Positions 49,138-59,170 of a stretch of DNA of 64,000 bases are shown one piece after another. The first letter of the stretch is position 1. Every line of letters begins with the position of its first letter. The notes below the pieces were generated by a model that saw nothing but the letters and a program-made list of their open reading frames with translations, had not been told where the DNA came from and searched no databases. Origin of the DNA: Candidatus Eiseniibacteriota bacterium (GTDB lineage: Bacteria > Eisenbacteria > RBG-16-71-46); the NCBI GenBank assembly GCA_044223005.1, contig JBGAML010000004.1:160001-224000 (forward strand), written 5' to 3'. Position numbers and translations under genes: made by a program.

Positions 49138-50526
49138 GTGAAGGTCCTGATCGTCGACGACGAGATCAAGATCGCCGAGCTGACTGCCGCCGAGCTCCGC
49201 GACGACGGCTTCGACGCCGAGTGCGTCAACGGCAGCGCCGCCGCACTCAAGCGGCTCGCCCAGGCACCGTTCGACGCGGTGGTCACCGACCTGCGCATGC
49301 CGCCGCCCGACGGGCTGGCGCTGCTCGAGCAGGTGCGCGCGAAATGGCCCGATACCGTCGTCGTGGTGATGACCGCGTTCGCCGAGCTCGAGACCGCGCG
49401 CCGCGCGCTCAAGCAGGGCGCCACCGACTACGTCGAGAAGGAAGGCGAGTTCGTCGAGGTGGTCGCACGCGCCCTGCGCGAAGCTGCCGAGACGCGGACG
49501 CTGCGGCGCGAGAACCGCGCCCTGTCGGCGGCGGTCGACTCGCTGCGCCGCGACGCGCTGCCCGTGGTGGGCGAGGCGCCCTCGACGCAGCGCGCGCTCG
49601 ACCTCGCGCGCAAGGTCGCCGTCACCGATTCCACGGTGCTCCTGCGCGGCGAGAGCGGAACCGGCAAGGACCTGTTCGCGCGCACGATCCACGCGCTCAG
49701 CCGGCGCGCGGGCGGCCCGTGGGTGAAGGTGAACTGCGGCGCGCTGCCCGAAGCGCTGCTCGAGAGCGAGCTCTTCGGTCACGAGAAGGGCGCCTTCACC
49801 GGTGCTGTGCGCCAGAAGGCCGGGCGCTTCGAGGACGCGCACGGCGGCACGATCTTCCTCGACGAGATCGGCGAAATGCCGATGACGCTCCAGGTCAAGC
49901 TCCTGCAGGTGATCGAGGAGAAGACCTTCACGCGAGTCGGCGGCAACGCCCCCATCACCGTCGATGCGCGCATCGTCACCGCGACCAACCGTCCGCTCGA
50001 GGAGATGGTGCGCGAGCGCACGTTCCGCGAGGACCTCTTCTTTCGCCTCAACGTGTTCCCGATCGTGCTGCCGCCGCTGCGCGAGCGCCCCGGCGACGTG
50101 CCGCGCCTTGCCGAGCACGTCCTGCGCCGCCACGGCGCCTCGGCCGACAAGCTCACGCCCGAGGCCCTGCGCGCCCTCGCCGGCTACGCGTTCCCCGGCA
50201 ACGTGCGCGAGCTCGAGCACACGCTCGAACGCGCCCTGATCCTCGCCGGCCCCGACCCGATCGGCACCGAACACCTGGTCTTCGCCCAGCCCGGCAGCGC
50301 CGCCACGACCTTCGGCGTGCCCGAGATCCCCGAGGAAGGCCTGTCGCTCGAAGCGCTCGAGAAGGAGCTGATCCTCAAGGCCCTCGAACGCGCCCGCGGC
50401 AACAAGAGCCGCGCCGCCCGCCTGCTCGGCCTCACGCGCCGGACGCTCTACTCGCGGATGGAGAAGCACGGCCTGCGCAAGCCGGACGAAGGCGAACCCG
50501 ACGAGGGCGACGACGCCGTGGAGTAG
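49138..50526 (+). CDS. Sigma-54-dependent response regulator (NtrC family)
   Basis: [38 protein letters not shown] and Fis HTH. Confidence 0.95.
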   Translation: MKVLIVDDEIKIAELTAAELRDDGFDAECVNGSAAALKRLAQAPFDAVVTDLRMPPPDGLALLEQVRAKWPDTVVVVMTAFAELETARRALKQGATDYVEKEGEFVEVVARALREAAETRTLRRENRALSAAVDSLRRDALPVVGEAPSTQRALDLARKVAVTDSTVLLRGESGTGKDLFARTIHALSRRAGGPWVKVNCGALPEALLESELFGHEKGAFTGAVRQKAGRFEDAHGGTIFLDEIGEMPMTLQVKLLQVIEEKTFTRVGGNAPITVDARIVTATNRPLEEMVRERTFREDLFFRLNVFPIVLPPLRERPGDVPRLAEHVLRRHGASADKLTPEALRALAGYAFPGNVRELEHTLERALILAGPDPIGTEHLVFAQPGSAATTFGVPEIPEEGLSLEALEKELILKALERARGNKSRAARLLGLTRRTLYSRMEKHGLRKPDEGEPDEGDDAVE

Positions 50527-50558
50527 GGCCCGCGTCGCTGTTGTATGCTGGCGGCGTC

Positions 50559-51221
50559 ATGAACGTCCTGCGCGGGTGGCTCTTCGACAACCTCGGGCTC
50601 AAGCTCACCGCACTGCTCCTCGCGGTGCTCGTGTACCTCAACGTGTACACGGACCGCACGGGGACGATGCTGCTGTCGTTCCCGCTCGAGTTCTCGGGGC
50701 TGGCGGATTCGCTCTCGCTCTCGGGGCCCGCGCCCGCGGTGGTGCAGGCGGAGTTGCGCGGCACCGTGAAGCAGCTGATCGGGCTGCGCGTGCGCGAGCC
50801 GCGGCTCAAGATCCCGATGGACGGCGTCGCGCCGGGGCACTTCACTCGCGCGCTCGTGTCGACCGACCTGCCGTTGCCCGCGGGTGGGGTGATCACGGTC
50901 GAGAACGTGGTCGGGCCGCGCGTGATCGAAGTGGACGTCGACCGTCGCGAGACGCGCGAGTTCCCGGTCGCGGCGCGCGTCGAAGGCTCGCCCGCGGCCG
51001 GTTGGAGCTGGGACGGCACCGCGCTGCTGCTGCCCGACCGCGTGCGCGTCAGCGGTCCGGCGAGCGCGCTCGAAGCGCTGGATTCGCTCCAGCTGACGAC
51101 GCTCCGCATCGACGGGCGGCACGACACGCTGCGCACCGTCGCGACGCTGGCGCGCCTGCCGGACTGGTGCTCGGCGGACCCGTCCACGGTGCGGCTGCGG
51201 ATCGGGTTCCGCCGGCGCTGA
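50559..51221 (+). CDS. YbbR/CdaR-like protein
   Basis: NLGLKLTALLLAVLVY N-terminal anchor; P.RVRVSGP.S.L YbbR-like motif. Confidence 0.75.
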   Translation: MNVLRGWLFDNLGLKLTALLLAVLVYLNVYTDRTGTMLLSFPLEFSGLADSLSLSGPAPAVVQAELRGTVKQLIGLRVREPRLKIPMDGVAPGHFTRALVSTDLPLPAGGVITVENVVGPRVIEVDVDRRETREFPVAARVEGSPAAGWSWDGTALLLPDRVRVSGPASALEALDSLQLTTLRIDGRHDTLRTVATLARLPDWCSADPSTVRLRIGFRRR

Positions 51222-51257
51222 GGGACCGCGCCAGCTGCGTTCCTCCGAGCACGACCC

Positions 51258-51373
51258 AAACGAATCGCCCCGGCGCGGGGGGCGCCAGGGCGCTCGGGTT
51301 GGTTCGCGGAGGCGCGAGCCACGCTGGAGATGGCAGGCTCGGTAGGTAGGACGCGACCCGCGCGCCCCGCATC
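51258..51373 (-). ncRNA. Putative sigma-54-dependent small RNA (~115 nt)
   Basis: Starts 12 nt after a consensus -24/-12 box; contains three short hairpins and ends in an 11-bp stem plus AUUCGUUU. Confidence 0.6.
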
Positions 51374-51383
51374 GGAGGTGAAG

Positions 51384-51399
51384 AGCAACCGCGGTGCCA
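51384..51399 (-). promoter_or_regulatory. Sigma-54 promoter (near-perfect consensus)
   Basis: Minus strand reads TGGCACCGCGGTTGCT. Confidence 0.85.
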
Positions 51400-51513
51400 C
51401 GCGTGCCTCGCCGGCCGAAGGGCCGGAATTCCTCACGAATTCCGGGGTTTGAGCGCACCCACCCAGCGGCCGGCGGCGGCCTCGTTCCTGCGAAGCGCAT
51501 GGCGTCCCCGCAT

Positions 51514-51539
51514 CGAAATGCACGTCCGGGCGCATTTCG
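51514..51539. promoter_or_regulatory. Candidate enhancer (UAS) palindrome
   Basis: CGAAATGC-N10-GCATTTCG about 140-165 bp upstream of the sigma-54 TSS. Confidence 0.45.
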
Positions 51540-51599
51540 GGGCTGGGGCACGGTCACGAAACGGCCGATTCTTCGTTCGAACCACGCGTGCGTCGGGTC

Positions 51600-51629
51600 T
51601 TGACACCCGTTCGAAGCGAAACCTAAATT
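51600..51629 (+). promoter_or_regulatory. Sigma-70 promoter of rho
   Basis: TTGACA-N18-TAAATT. Confidence 0.65.
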
Positions 51630-51970
51630 CTTCCCATCGGCCTCGAGCGCGCCCTCGCGCACGGCCGGAACCGGATCCATCCCCGCAGCCTCCGGACGCA
51701 GCGACCCAGCCGCCCACTCCATCCGACGTCCGACCGGCCCGCCGGTCTTCCGCAGTCCACGCACCTTCCCGTTCGCTCCACCACCCGAGGACGACGTCCC
51801 GCGCCACTCCAACTCCTCTCCGGAGTGGTTCGCATCCGCAGCCCCGCGGCGCACGCCGCGCGCACTCCCGACTTCCCACGTCCAGTGCCGGCCGTACCGG
51901 GGCGCCCATCGGGCGTCACCGGCCGAGCGTCCGGTGCGGACCCGCCACCTCCCCGACGAGGCGCTTTTCC

Positions 51971-53275
51971 ATGGACTCCACGGACCTGCCGATCCCGACC
52001 GCTCCCGCCGATCCCGCGGCGGAGACCCTCGAGCTCACCACGCTCAAGGGCAAGACGATGGCCGAGCTGCTCAAGCTCTGCCAGGAGCTCGAGGTCCAGG
52101 GCACGAGCGGCCTGCGCAAGCAGGAACTGATCTTCAAGATCCTGGAGGCGCAGACCGAGAAGAACGGCCTGATCTTCGCCGAAGGCGTGCTCGAGATCCT
52201 GCCCGAGGGTTACGGCTTCCTGCGCTCGCCGACGTACAACTACCTGCCCGGCCCGGACGACATCTACGTCTCGCCGTCGCAGATCAAGCGCTTCGACCTG
52301 CACACCGGCGACACCGTGTCGGGGCAGGTGAGGCCGCCCAAGGAGGGCGAGCGCTACTTCGCGCTGCTGCGCGTCGAGGCCGTGAACTTCGAGAGTCCGG
52401 AAGCGGCGAAGGACAAGATCCTCTTCGACGGCCTCACGCCGCTCTACGCGACCGAGAAGCTCAATCTCGAGACCAAGGACCGCTGCCTCGAGACGCGCAT
52501 CATCGACCTGCTGTCGCCGATCGGAAAGGGCCAGCGCGCGCTGATCACGTCGCCGCCCAAGGCCGGCAAGACGATCCTGCTCCAGAAGCTCGCCAACGCG
52601 ATCACCGAGAACCATCCCGAGGCCATGCTCATCGTGCTGCTGATCGACGAGCGCCCCGAGGAAGTCACCGACATGCAGCGCACGGTGAAGGGCGAGGTGG
52701 TCTCGAGCACGTTCGACGAACCCGCCGAGCGCCACGTGCAGGTCGCCGACATGGTGATCGAGAAGGCCAAGCGCCTGGTGGAGCACAAGCGCGACGTCGT
52801 GATCCTGCTCGACTCGATCACGCGCCTCGCCCGCGCCCACAACACGGTCGTGCCGCACTCGGGCAAGATCCTCTCCGGCGGCGTCGACGCCAACGCGCTC
52901 CAGCGCCCCAAGCGTTTCTTCGGCGCCGCGCGCAACGTCGAGGGCGGTGGCTCGCTGACGATCATCGCGACCGCACTCATCGAGACCGGCTCGCGCATGG
53001 ACGAAGTGATCTTCGAGGAGTTCAAGGGCACCGGCAACTCCGAGCTCGTCCTCGACCGCAAGATCGCCGACAAGCGCATCTATCCGGCCATCGACATCAA
53101 TCGCTCCGGCACGCGCAAGGAAGAGCTGCTGCTCGCACCCGACGCGCTCGCGCGCGTGTGGATCCTGCGCAAGTTCCTGAACGAGCTGAACCCCGTCGAG
53201 GCGATGGAGTTCCTCATCACGCGCATGAGCGAGACGAAGACGAACAAGAAGTTCCTGGAGAACATGAACTCGTGA
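51971..53275 (+). CDS. rho: Transcription termination factor Rho
   Basis: [34 protein letters not shown] and FKGTGNSE. Confidence 0.98.
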   Translation: MDSTDLPIPTAPADPAAETLELTTLKGKTMAELLKLCQELEVQGTSGLRKQELIFKILEAQTEKNGLIFAEGVLEILPEGYGFLRSPTYNYLPGPDDIYVSPSQIKRFDLHTGDTVSGQVRPPKEGERYFALLRVEAVNFESPEAAKDKILFDGLTPLYATEKLNLETKDRCLETRIIDLLSPIGKGQRALITSPPKAGKTILLQKLANAITENHPEAMLIVLLIDERPEEVTDMQRTVKGEVVSSTFDEPAERHVQVADMVIEKAKRLVEHKRDVVILLDSITRLARAHNTVVPHSGKILSGGVDANALQRPKRFFGAARNVEGGGSLTIIATALIETGSRMDEVIFEEFKGTGNSELVLDRKIADKRIYPAIDINRSGTRKEELLLAPDALARVWILRKFLNELNPVEAMEFLITRMSETKTNKKFLENMNS

Positions 53276-54687
53276 CGCCGGGGGCGCGGGTCGGAAGCGC
53301 GATCGACCCCGGGCCCGTGACGTGTGCCCGCTCGCCGCTCGCTCGCGGTCATGTTCGGCCCGGCGGTCTGGCGAGGCTCGGTTCGGGGTTCGCGGCATTG
53401 CTCGCATGCGCCCTCGTCCTGCCGCCGGCCGCCGCGAGCGCCCCCGCGCCGGCGCGCGTGCTGCACGCGCGTTCGGCCACGCTGGACGTGCGCGATGGCG
53501 ATCGCCTGCTGCGCGGCATCTGGCGCGCCGATCCCACCGCGGCGCTCGATCGCTTCGACGTGCGTCGGTCGGATCGCCCGAAACGCGTGGTGTTCCTCTC
53601 CGACGTCGATTCGCTCGCGTTCGACGTGTCCCCGGGCGAGCAGTACGAGTTCGTCGTCGTGCTCGCCAGCGGGGACTCCTGCCGCACTTGCGTGTCCGCG
53701 CGGCGCGGCAGCGCACGGCGAGTCGAGGCGGGCGCCGACACGATCCCGTTCACCGTTGCGCGCGGCAAGATCCACGTGCGCGGCACGATCGGCGATTCCC
53801 GGCCGCTCGATCTCATCTTCGACACCGGCGCCGACCAGTGCGTCCTCTACCCGTCCGGCGTGCGCAAGGGCGCGGTGCTGCATCTGGACGGGTCGGTCGA
53901 GAACGCGGGCATGGGCGGCACGACCCGCCGGCGCACGAGCAGCGACAACCGGCTCGCGGTCGAGGGCCTGCGCTGGGAGCACGAGCCCGTGCTCTCCGTC
54001 GAGAAGCAGGCGGATCGAGGGGCCGACGGGATCGTGGGATACACGGTATTCGAGGACAAGGTCCTCGAGATCGACTTCGACCGGAGCGTGATGGTGATCC
54101 ACGATTCGCTGCCGGCGCGGACCGAAGGCGACTCGCGCGTGCCGATGCCGGCCGCAGGGTCGCTGACCGCGGTGGACGTGGAACTCGTTTCCGGTGGCCG
54201 GTCGGCGCGCGGGCCCTTCCTCCTGGATACCGCCGGGGGAGGAGACCTCAACGTGCATTCGGGATTCGCCGACGCGCACGGCCTGCGCACGTGGCTGCGC
54301 AAGCTGGGCACCAGTCGTTCGTACGGGCTCGGCGCGCGGGCGATCGCGAACGACGTCCTGCGGGTTCCGGAACTCCGGATCGCCGGCTTCACGCTGCGGA
54401 ACGTGCCCATCGACGTCGCGCGTCCCGCGGAAGGCGGTGCCGCGACGCCGGCCGGGACGCTCAACATGGACCTGCTCTCGCGCTTCCACTGCGTGCTCGA
54501 CTACCCGCGCGGCGAGGCCTGGTTCCGCCCGAGCAGGCGCTTCGACGCGCCGTTCCCGAGGCGGGCGTTTCCCGGAACGGGTGTCGCCGAAATCGCGATC
54601 GTGCTGATGCTCGTCGCGCTGATCGCGTACCGGCGCCGGTTCGGCCCGCGGTCCTCCGCCGTCACGGGCGCGACTCCGGAGCGCTGA
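53272..54687 (+). CDS. Two-domain retropepsin-like aspartyl protease with a C-terminal TM anchor (start uncertain)
   Basis: LIFDTGA and FLLDTAG motifs; GIVG and GTLNMDLL; C-terminal hydrophobic helix followed by RRR. Confidence 0.7.
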   Translation: MTPGARVGSAIDPGPVTCARSPLARGHVRPGGLARLGSGFAALLACALVLPPAAASAPAPARVLHARSATLDVRDGDRLLRGIWRADPTAALDRFDVRRSDRPKRVVFLSDVDSLAFDVSPGEQYEFVVVLASGDSCRTCVSARRGSARRVEAGADTIPFTVARGKIHVRGTIGDSRPLDLIFDTGADQCVLYPSGVRKGAVLHLDGSVENAGMGGTTRRRTSSDNRLAVEGLRWEHEPVLSVEKQADRGADGIVGYTVFEDKVLEIDFDRSVMVIHDSLPARTEGDSRVPMPAAGSLTAVDVELVSGGRSARGPFLLDTAGGGDLNVHSGFADAHGLRTWLRKLGTSRSYGLGARAIANDVLRVPELRIAGFTLRNVPIDVARPAEGGAATPAGTLNMDLLSRFHCVLDYPRGEAWFRPSRRFDAPFPRRAFPGTGVAEIAIVLMLVALIAYRRRFGPRSSAVTGATPER

Positions 54688-54697
54688 AGGAACGCTC

Positions 54698-55759
54698 ATG
54701 AGCGAAGTGCTGCGCACCCCGCGTCTCGACCTGGTGGCGTCGACGGTCGAGTCGCTCGAGACCGAGCTCGCCGGCGGTGACCTGGGCGCCGTGATCGGTG
54801 CCGCCGTGCCGCCGGGCTGGCCGCCGGGCGAGTACGACGCCGACGCCATGCGCATGATGCTGCGCGGCCTGCGCGCGGGTGGCGCGGCGAACGCGATGTG
54901 GACCGGCTGGTACGCGATCGAACGCGCCCGTGGCAGCGCGCCGGCGACGCTGGTCGGCTCGGGCGGCTACATGGGCCCGCCGACGCCCGAGGGCACGGTG
55001 GAGATCGGCTACTCGGTGCTGCCGGAGTATCGCGGTCGCGGCTTCGCGACCGAGATCGCGACCGCGCTCGTGACGCGGGCGCTCGCCGCGCCGGGCGTGA
55101 CGCAGGTGATCGCGCACGCGCGGATCGACAACCCCGCGTCGGTGCGGGTGCTCGAACGCTGCGGTTTCGTCCACGTGGCCGCGACGCTCGATCCCGGCCT
55201 GCGACGCTGGCGCTACGACTCCGAACGCGCGCCGGCGCGCGCGGCCGCGGTGCTCGTGCCGGTGTATCGCGACACCACCGGCGCGTGGCGGCTCGTGATC
55301 GTGCGCCGCGCCGAGGGCGGTGTGCACGGCGGCCAGCTCGCGTTCCCGGGCGGCGCGCGTGACGGCGACGACGCGACGCTGCTCGCCACCGCGACGCGCG
55401 AGGCGCTCGAGGAGATCGGCCTGCCGCCCGCGTCGGTGCACCCGCTCGCCGAGCTGCCGCCCGTCGAGACGCGCGTCTCGGGCTTCCGCGTGACGCCGTT
55501 TCTCGCGCGTATCGAGCGCCCGGCCGTCTGGCGGCTGGACGCGCGCGAGATCGTCGAGGTGCTCGAGCCCGCGCTCGCGCCGCTCGTCGCGCCCGGCGCC
55601 CGCCAGTGGGCCGACGACCTGCTGCCGCCCGAGCGCGGACGGCTGAGGCTGCCCTTCTACGCGGTGGGGCCGCATCGGCTCTGGGGCGTCAGCGAGCGCA
55701 TCGCGCGGCCGCTGTTCGAGCGGATCGCCGCGGGGGAGTGGCCCGAACTGCTGGCCTGA
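54698..55759 (+). CDS. GNAT (RimJ/RimL-like) acetyltransferase fused to a Nudix CoA-pyrophosphatase-like domain
   Basis: EIGYSVLPEYRGRGFATE and NPASVRVLERCGF, then AAVLVP, GQLAFPGG, REALEEIG and LWG. Confidence 0.85.
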   Translation: MSEVLRTPRLDLVASTVESLETELAGGDLGAVIGAAVPPGWPPGEYDADAMRMMLRGLRAGGAANAMWTGWYAIERARGSAPATLVGSGGYMGPPTPEGTVEIGYSVLPEYRGRGFATEIATALVTRALAAPGVTQVIAHARIDNPASVRVLERCGFVHVAATLDPGLRRWRYDSERAPARAAAVLVPVYRDTTGAWRLVIVRRAEGGVHGGQLAFPGGARDGDDATLLATATREALEEIGLPPASVHPLAELPPVETRVSGFRVTPFLARIERPAVWRLDAREIVEVLEPALAPLVAPGARQWADDLLPPERGRLRLPFYAVGPHRLWGVSERIARPLFERIAAGEWPELLA

Positions 55760-55853
55760 GCGGCGCAACCCGGGGCGCCCGGCTGCCGTAGAAGCTCGAG
55801 GCGGAGCCCTGCCCGGCCGCGACCGCGGCCCCGGGGCGACGCTCGAGGCCCTC

Positions 55854-56207
55854 ATGAAACACGCATTCCTCGCCGCCACGCTCTTCGCCGCGGGTGTTTC
55901 GCTCGCCGGCTGCGTGCACGCGCCCCGGCAGACGACGATCGACGACGTGAGCACCGACGCCGCGAAGATCCTCGCGATCGACGACCGGCCCGTCGACCGC
56001 ATGGCCGCGCACGCCGGCACGGCCGGCATCGCGCCCGTCACGGTCGGTGCGGGAGCGCACGAGCTGCTGGTGCTTCGCCGCGGCCGGGGTCCCGGTTCGC
56101 GGGCCGAGACGCAGCCCGTGCCGGTTCGGATCGACGTCCATCGCCGCTACAAGCTCGACGTCGTCGCGGGCAAGGTGCGCGTGACGCCGCTCGGCGCGGA
56201 TCGATGA
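55854..56207 (+). CDS. Small lipoprotein, unknown function
   Basis: Lipobox LAGC; ATGA overlap with the next gene. Confidence 0.65.
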   Translation: MKHAFLAATLFAAGVSLAGCVHAPRQTTIDDVSTDAAKILAIDDRPVDRMAAHAGTAGIAPVTVGAGAHELLVLRRGRGPGSRAETQPVPVRIDVHRRYKLDVVAGKVRVTPLGADR

Positions 56208-56995
56208 GCGCCCGCGCACCGCGGATCGGCTGGTTCGTCGCGCCGGTGCTGGCGGCGCTCGCGCTCGCCTCGGCGCTGCTCGTCTCCTACGAGCGCCGCG
56301 TGCTGTTCCCGGCGCCGCATCTCGTCGCGCACGGCCGCGACGCCGAGGTGCAGGTGATCGGCGACGCCGAAGGCCTCTTCCTGCCGCCGCGCGTGCCGGC
56401 GGGCCCGGCGCCGGCGCTCCTCTTCTTCCACGGCAACGCCGAGCTCGCCGACGACTGGCTGCACGCATTCGACGCGCCGCGTGATTCGGGCTGGGCCGTG
56501 CTGCTCGTCGAGTATCCCGGCTACGGTCGCTGCGCGGGCGCGCCCTCGGAGCGTTCGATCGACGACGTGGCGCTCGCCGCGTTCGACCGCGTCGCCAACG
56601 ACCCGCGCGTGGACCCGCGGCGGATCGTCGCGGTCGGGCGCTCGCTGGGCGGCGGCCCGGCCGTCGCCGTCGCGACGCGGCGTCCGGTGGCCGCGCTCGT
56701 GCTGCTGTCGGCGTTCACGAGCGTGCGCGACCTCGCGGCCCGCGCCGGCGTGCCCGGCGCGCTCGTCGTGGACGCGTTCGACAACGCGGCCGCGCTGCGG
56801 CGCTGGCGCGGTCCGATGCTCGTCGTGCACGGCGTGCACGACCAGGTGATCCCGTTCGCGCAGGGCGAGCGGCTCGCGCGCACCGTGCCCGGTGCCGCGC
56901 TGGTACCGCTGGCCTGCGGGCACAACGACTGGGACCGCGACTGGTCCCCGGTGCTCGCGTTCCTGCGCACGCGCCTCGCGTCAGTCGCGGGCTGA
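56204..56995 (+). CDS. Alpha/beta hydrolase
   Basis: FFHGNAE, EYPGYG, GRSLGG, HGVHDQVIP and GHND. Confidence 0.9.
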   Translation: MSARAPRIGWFVAPVLAALALASALLVSYERRVLFPAPHLVAHGRDAEVQVIGDAEGLFLPPRVPAGPAPALLFFHGNAELADDWLHAFDAPRDSGWAVLLVEYPGYGRCAGAPSERSIDDVALAAFDRVANDPRVDPRRIVAVGRSLGGGPAVAVATRRPVAALVLLSAFTSVRDLAARAGVPGALVVDAFDNAAALRRWRGPMLVVHGVHDQVIPFAQGERLARTVPGAALVPLACGHNDWDRDWSPVLAFLRTRLASVAG

Positions 56996-57370
56996 GCCCG
57001 GCGGTTCGTCGGCCACGACCTCGGCCGACGACGCTTCGCGCGGGGGCGGGGCGACCGCGGGTGCGGCCGGAGCGGGCTCCTTCACCTTCTTGCGCGTGAG
57101 CGCGACGAGCGCGACGGAAGCGGTCCACGACGGCACGAGGTCGACGCCCGGGAGCAGCTCCGCGATCAGCGCCGGCAGCAGCGCCGGATGCCAGCCGAGG
57201 AGCCACACGAGCACGACGCTGACGATCACCTCGAGCACCGCGTCGAACGGCGACGCCGCGCCCTCGAAGAAGAAGGGCAGCAGCGCGAGCTGGATCGCGT
57301 CCGCGGCGATCGCCACGAACCACGCGACCTTCATGCGTCCCGAAGCGCCGGCCGGCGGGCGGAGTCCCAT
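56981..57370 (-). CDS. Small membrane protein, unknown function
   Basis: Hydrophobic segments and [19 protein letters not shown]; fills the gap between convergent genes. Confidence 0.65.
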   Translation of the reverse strand: MGLRPPAGASGRMKVAWFVAIAADAIQLALLPFFFEGAASPFDAVLEVIVSVVLVWLLGWHPALLPALIAELLPGVDLVPSWTASVALVALTRKKVKEPAPAAPAVAPPPREASSAEVVADEPPGSARD

Positions 57371-57403
57371 GGGCGCCAGCTTACGCCCCGCCGCGCGAGA
57401 ACG

Positions 57404-58906
57404 TCACGGCGCGACGGTCCACTGGATGAGCGGGTTCAGCTCGAAACGCTCGGGGTGCTTTTCGTCGATCGCCTGCAGCAGGCGTGCGTCGAGCCCGTAG
57501 AGGTCGGGGCGCAGCTGCAGTGCGCCGCTCGAATCCGCCCACGCGGTCCAGTAGAGCACGTCCACCGGCACGTGCGGCTCGACGCTCCAGCGCCGCGCCG
57601 TCGTGTCGCGCAGCGCGGCGCGGATCGAGTCCACCGGCGTGGGCGCGTGCCGCGAGCGGATCCACGCCGCGAGTTCGAGCGGCTTCTCGAGCCGCACGCA
57701 GCCGTGGCTCCGGGCCCGGTTCTCGCGCGCGAAGAGGCCGCGCTGGTTGGTGTCGTGCAGGAACACCTGGAAGCGGTTGGGGAGCATGAACCGGATCCGG
57801 CCGAGCGGGTTCCACGTTCCGGCGCTCTGGCGCACGAACGTGCGGAACGTGTCCGACGTCACGGAGTCCCACTGCACCGCGTGGTGGTCGATCGCGACCC
57901 ACTGACCTTTCAGGAACCGCAGTGCGGTCAGGTGGTGCGTCTCGAAGTAGTCGGGGTGGCGGCGCAGCGACGAGATCACTTCCTCGCCGATCACGCGCGG
58001 CGTCATGGTCCACGTGGGGTTCAGGTCCATCCACGCGATGGCCGACGTGAAGACCGGCGTCGGATGCCTGGGGTCGCCGATCACGACGCGCATGCGCAGG
58101 TCGGCGGTCGAATCGGCGTGCGCGGCGAGCGTCGCATCGGCGATGTTGACCTCGATCCGCGGGTACGGCCGGTCGTCGGGCAGCCAGCGCCAGCGCTCCA
58201 GATTGGCTTCGACGGTGCGCACGCGCGCACGGTGCTCCGCATCCATCGCCGCCCAGGTCTGCGTGTCGGCCACGCCCGTCGTGTCGAGCCCGTGCCGGCG
58301 CTGGAACGCCAACACGTCGTTCGCGAGCGCCGTGCGCAGCGCGCCGTAGCGCGGATCACGCGGAACGCAGGCGTACAGGCTCTCGCCCACGGCGTGCGCC
58401 GCCAGCGCGTGCACGAGTCGCACCTCCGGCGCCGGTCCACGGCCACGCCCGCGCCACGCCTTGTCGAGCTGCGAGTCGGCGAGCACGCCGGTGTGCAGCC
58501 GGCGCGCCGCCGCGAGCCACGCGCGCGTGAGGCGCACGTCCAGCGCCGCGAGGACGGTGTCCGGGAGTTCGCGTCGCCCGAAGAAGCCCGTGGGCTCGGC
58601 GAGCGCGCTGTCGATCGCCGCGACGTCGCCCTTCCACCCGTGCAGCCCGTCGCCCGGCAGCGCGAGCAGCGCGCGCCGCAACTCCAGCGCGTCGGTGCCC
58701 GGGCGGCCGTTCTCGATCCACGCCGGGCGCCAGGAGCGGTCGGAGTAGAAGTGGCGCGCGGCGGCTCGTTCGTCCGCGTGCGGACCACCGTGCTCCAGCA
58801 CGAATCGGCGCACCTGCCCGGCGAGGTCGCCGTGGCGCGGGGCGCACGAAGGAAGAGCGGCCACGAGCAGTGCCGCGGCCAGCAGCAGTCGTCGCGTCGA
58901 TCGCAT
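57404..58906 (-). CDS. L,D-transpeptidase (YcbB/LdtD-like) with a PG-binding motif
   Basis: [30 protein letters not shown] and SHGCVRL. Confidence 0.92.
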   Translation of the reverse strand: MRSTRRLLLAAALLVAALPSCAPRHGDLAGQVRRFVLEHGGPHADERAAARHFYSDRSWRPAWIENGRPGTDALELRRALLALPGDGLHGWKGDVAAIDSALAEPTGFFGRRELPDTVLAALDVRLTRAWLAAARRLHTGVLADSQLDKAWRGRGRGPAPEVRLVHALAAHAVGESLYACVPRDPRYGALRTALANDVLAFQRRHGLDTTGVADTQTWAAMDAEHRARVRTVEANLERWRWLPDDRPYPRIEVNIADATLAAHADSTADLRMRVVIGDPRHPTPVFTSAIAWMDLNPTWTMTPRVIGEEVISSLRRHPDYFETHHLTALRFLKGQWVAIDHHAVQWDSVTSDTFRTFVRQSAGTWNPLGRIRFMLPNRFQVFLHDTNQRGLFARENRARSHGCVRLEKPLELAAWIRSRHAPTPVDSIRAALRDTTARRWSVEPHVPVDVLYWTAWADSSGALQLRPDLYGLDARLLQAIDEKHPERFELNPLIQWTVAP

Positions 58907-59025
58907 GGAGGTTCCGAGGTCCGTGGCGGCGCGGGGGGCGCCGTGTGCAGGATTTCGACAGCATGCCCCTTCTCGGAGTCACATGCAGGCCGAAAATGCG
59001 GCCCCGGGCCGGTTTGGCGGCGGAT

Positions 59026-59055
59026 TGGACAGCCGGTCGGCCGCTCGGGCATACT
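59026..59055 (+). promoter_or_regulatory. Putative sigma-70 promoter of rpmE
   Basis: TGGACA-N18-CATACT. Confidence 0.45.
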
Positions 59056-59170
59056 CCTCCGCCTCAATCACCCTGACCCAGGCGGAGCGCTCGGCATCAT
59101 CCGCAGTCCGCGACCCATCGAGGTGCGGCCCGGACGCCGGGGAACGCCGCCGTGGCGGAGAAGTTCCGAG

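Noticed and set aside
51049..51372. 107-aa minus-strand ORF starting at the sigma-54 TSS (leaderless candidate)
   Set aside because: It crosses the terminator hairpin, overlaps the YbbR-like gene in antisense and gives a low-complexity product.
51449..51970. N-terminal extension of Rho in the ORF track
   Set aside because: It begins upstream of the likely sigma-70 promoter, and the P/S/R-rich translation simply reflects a C-rich leader.
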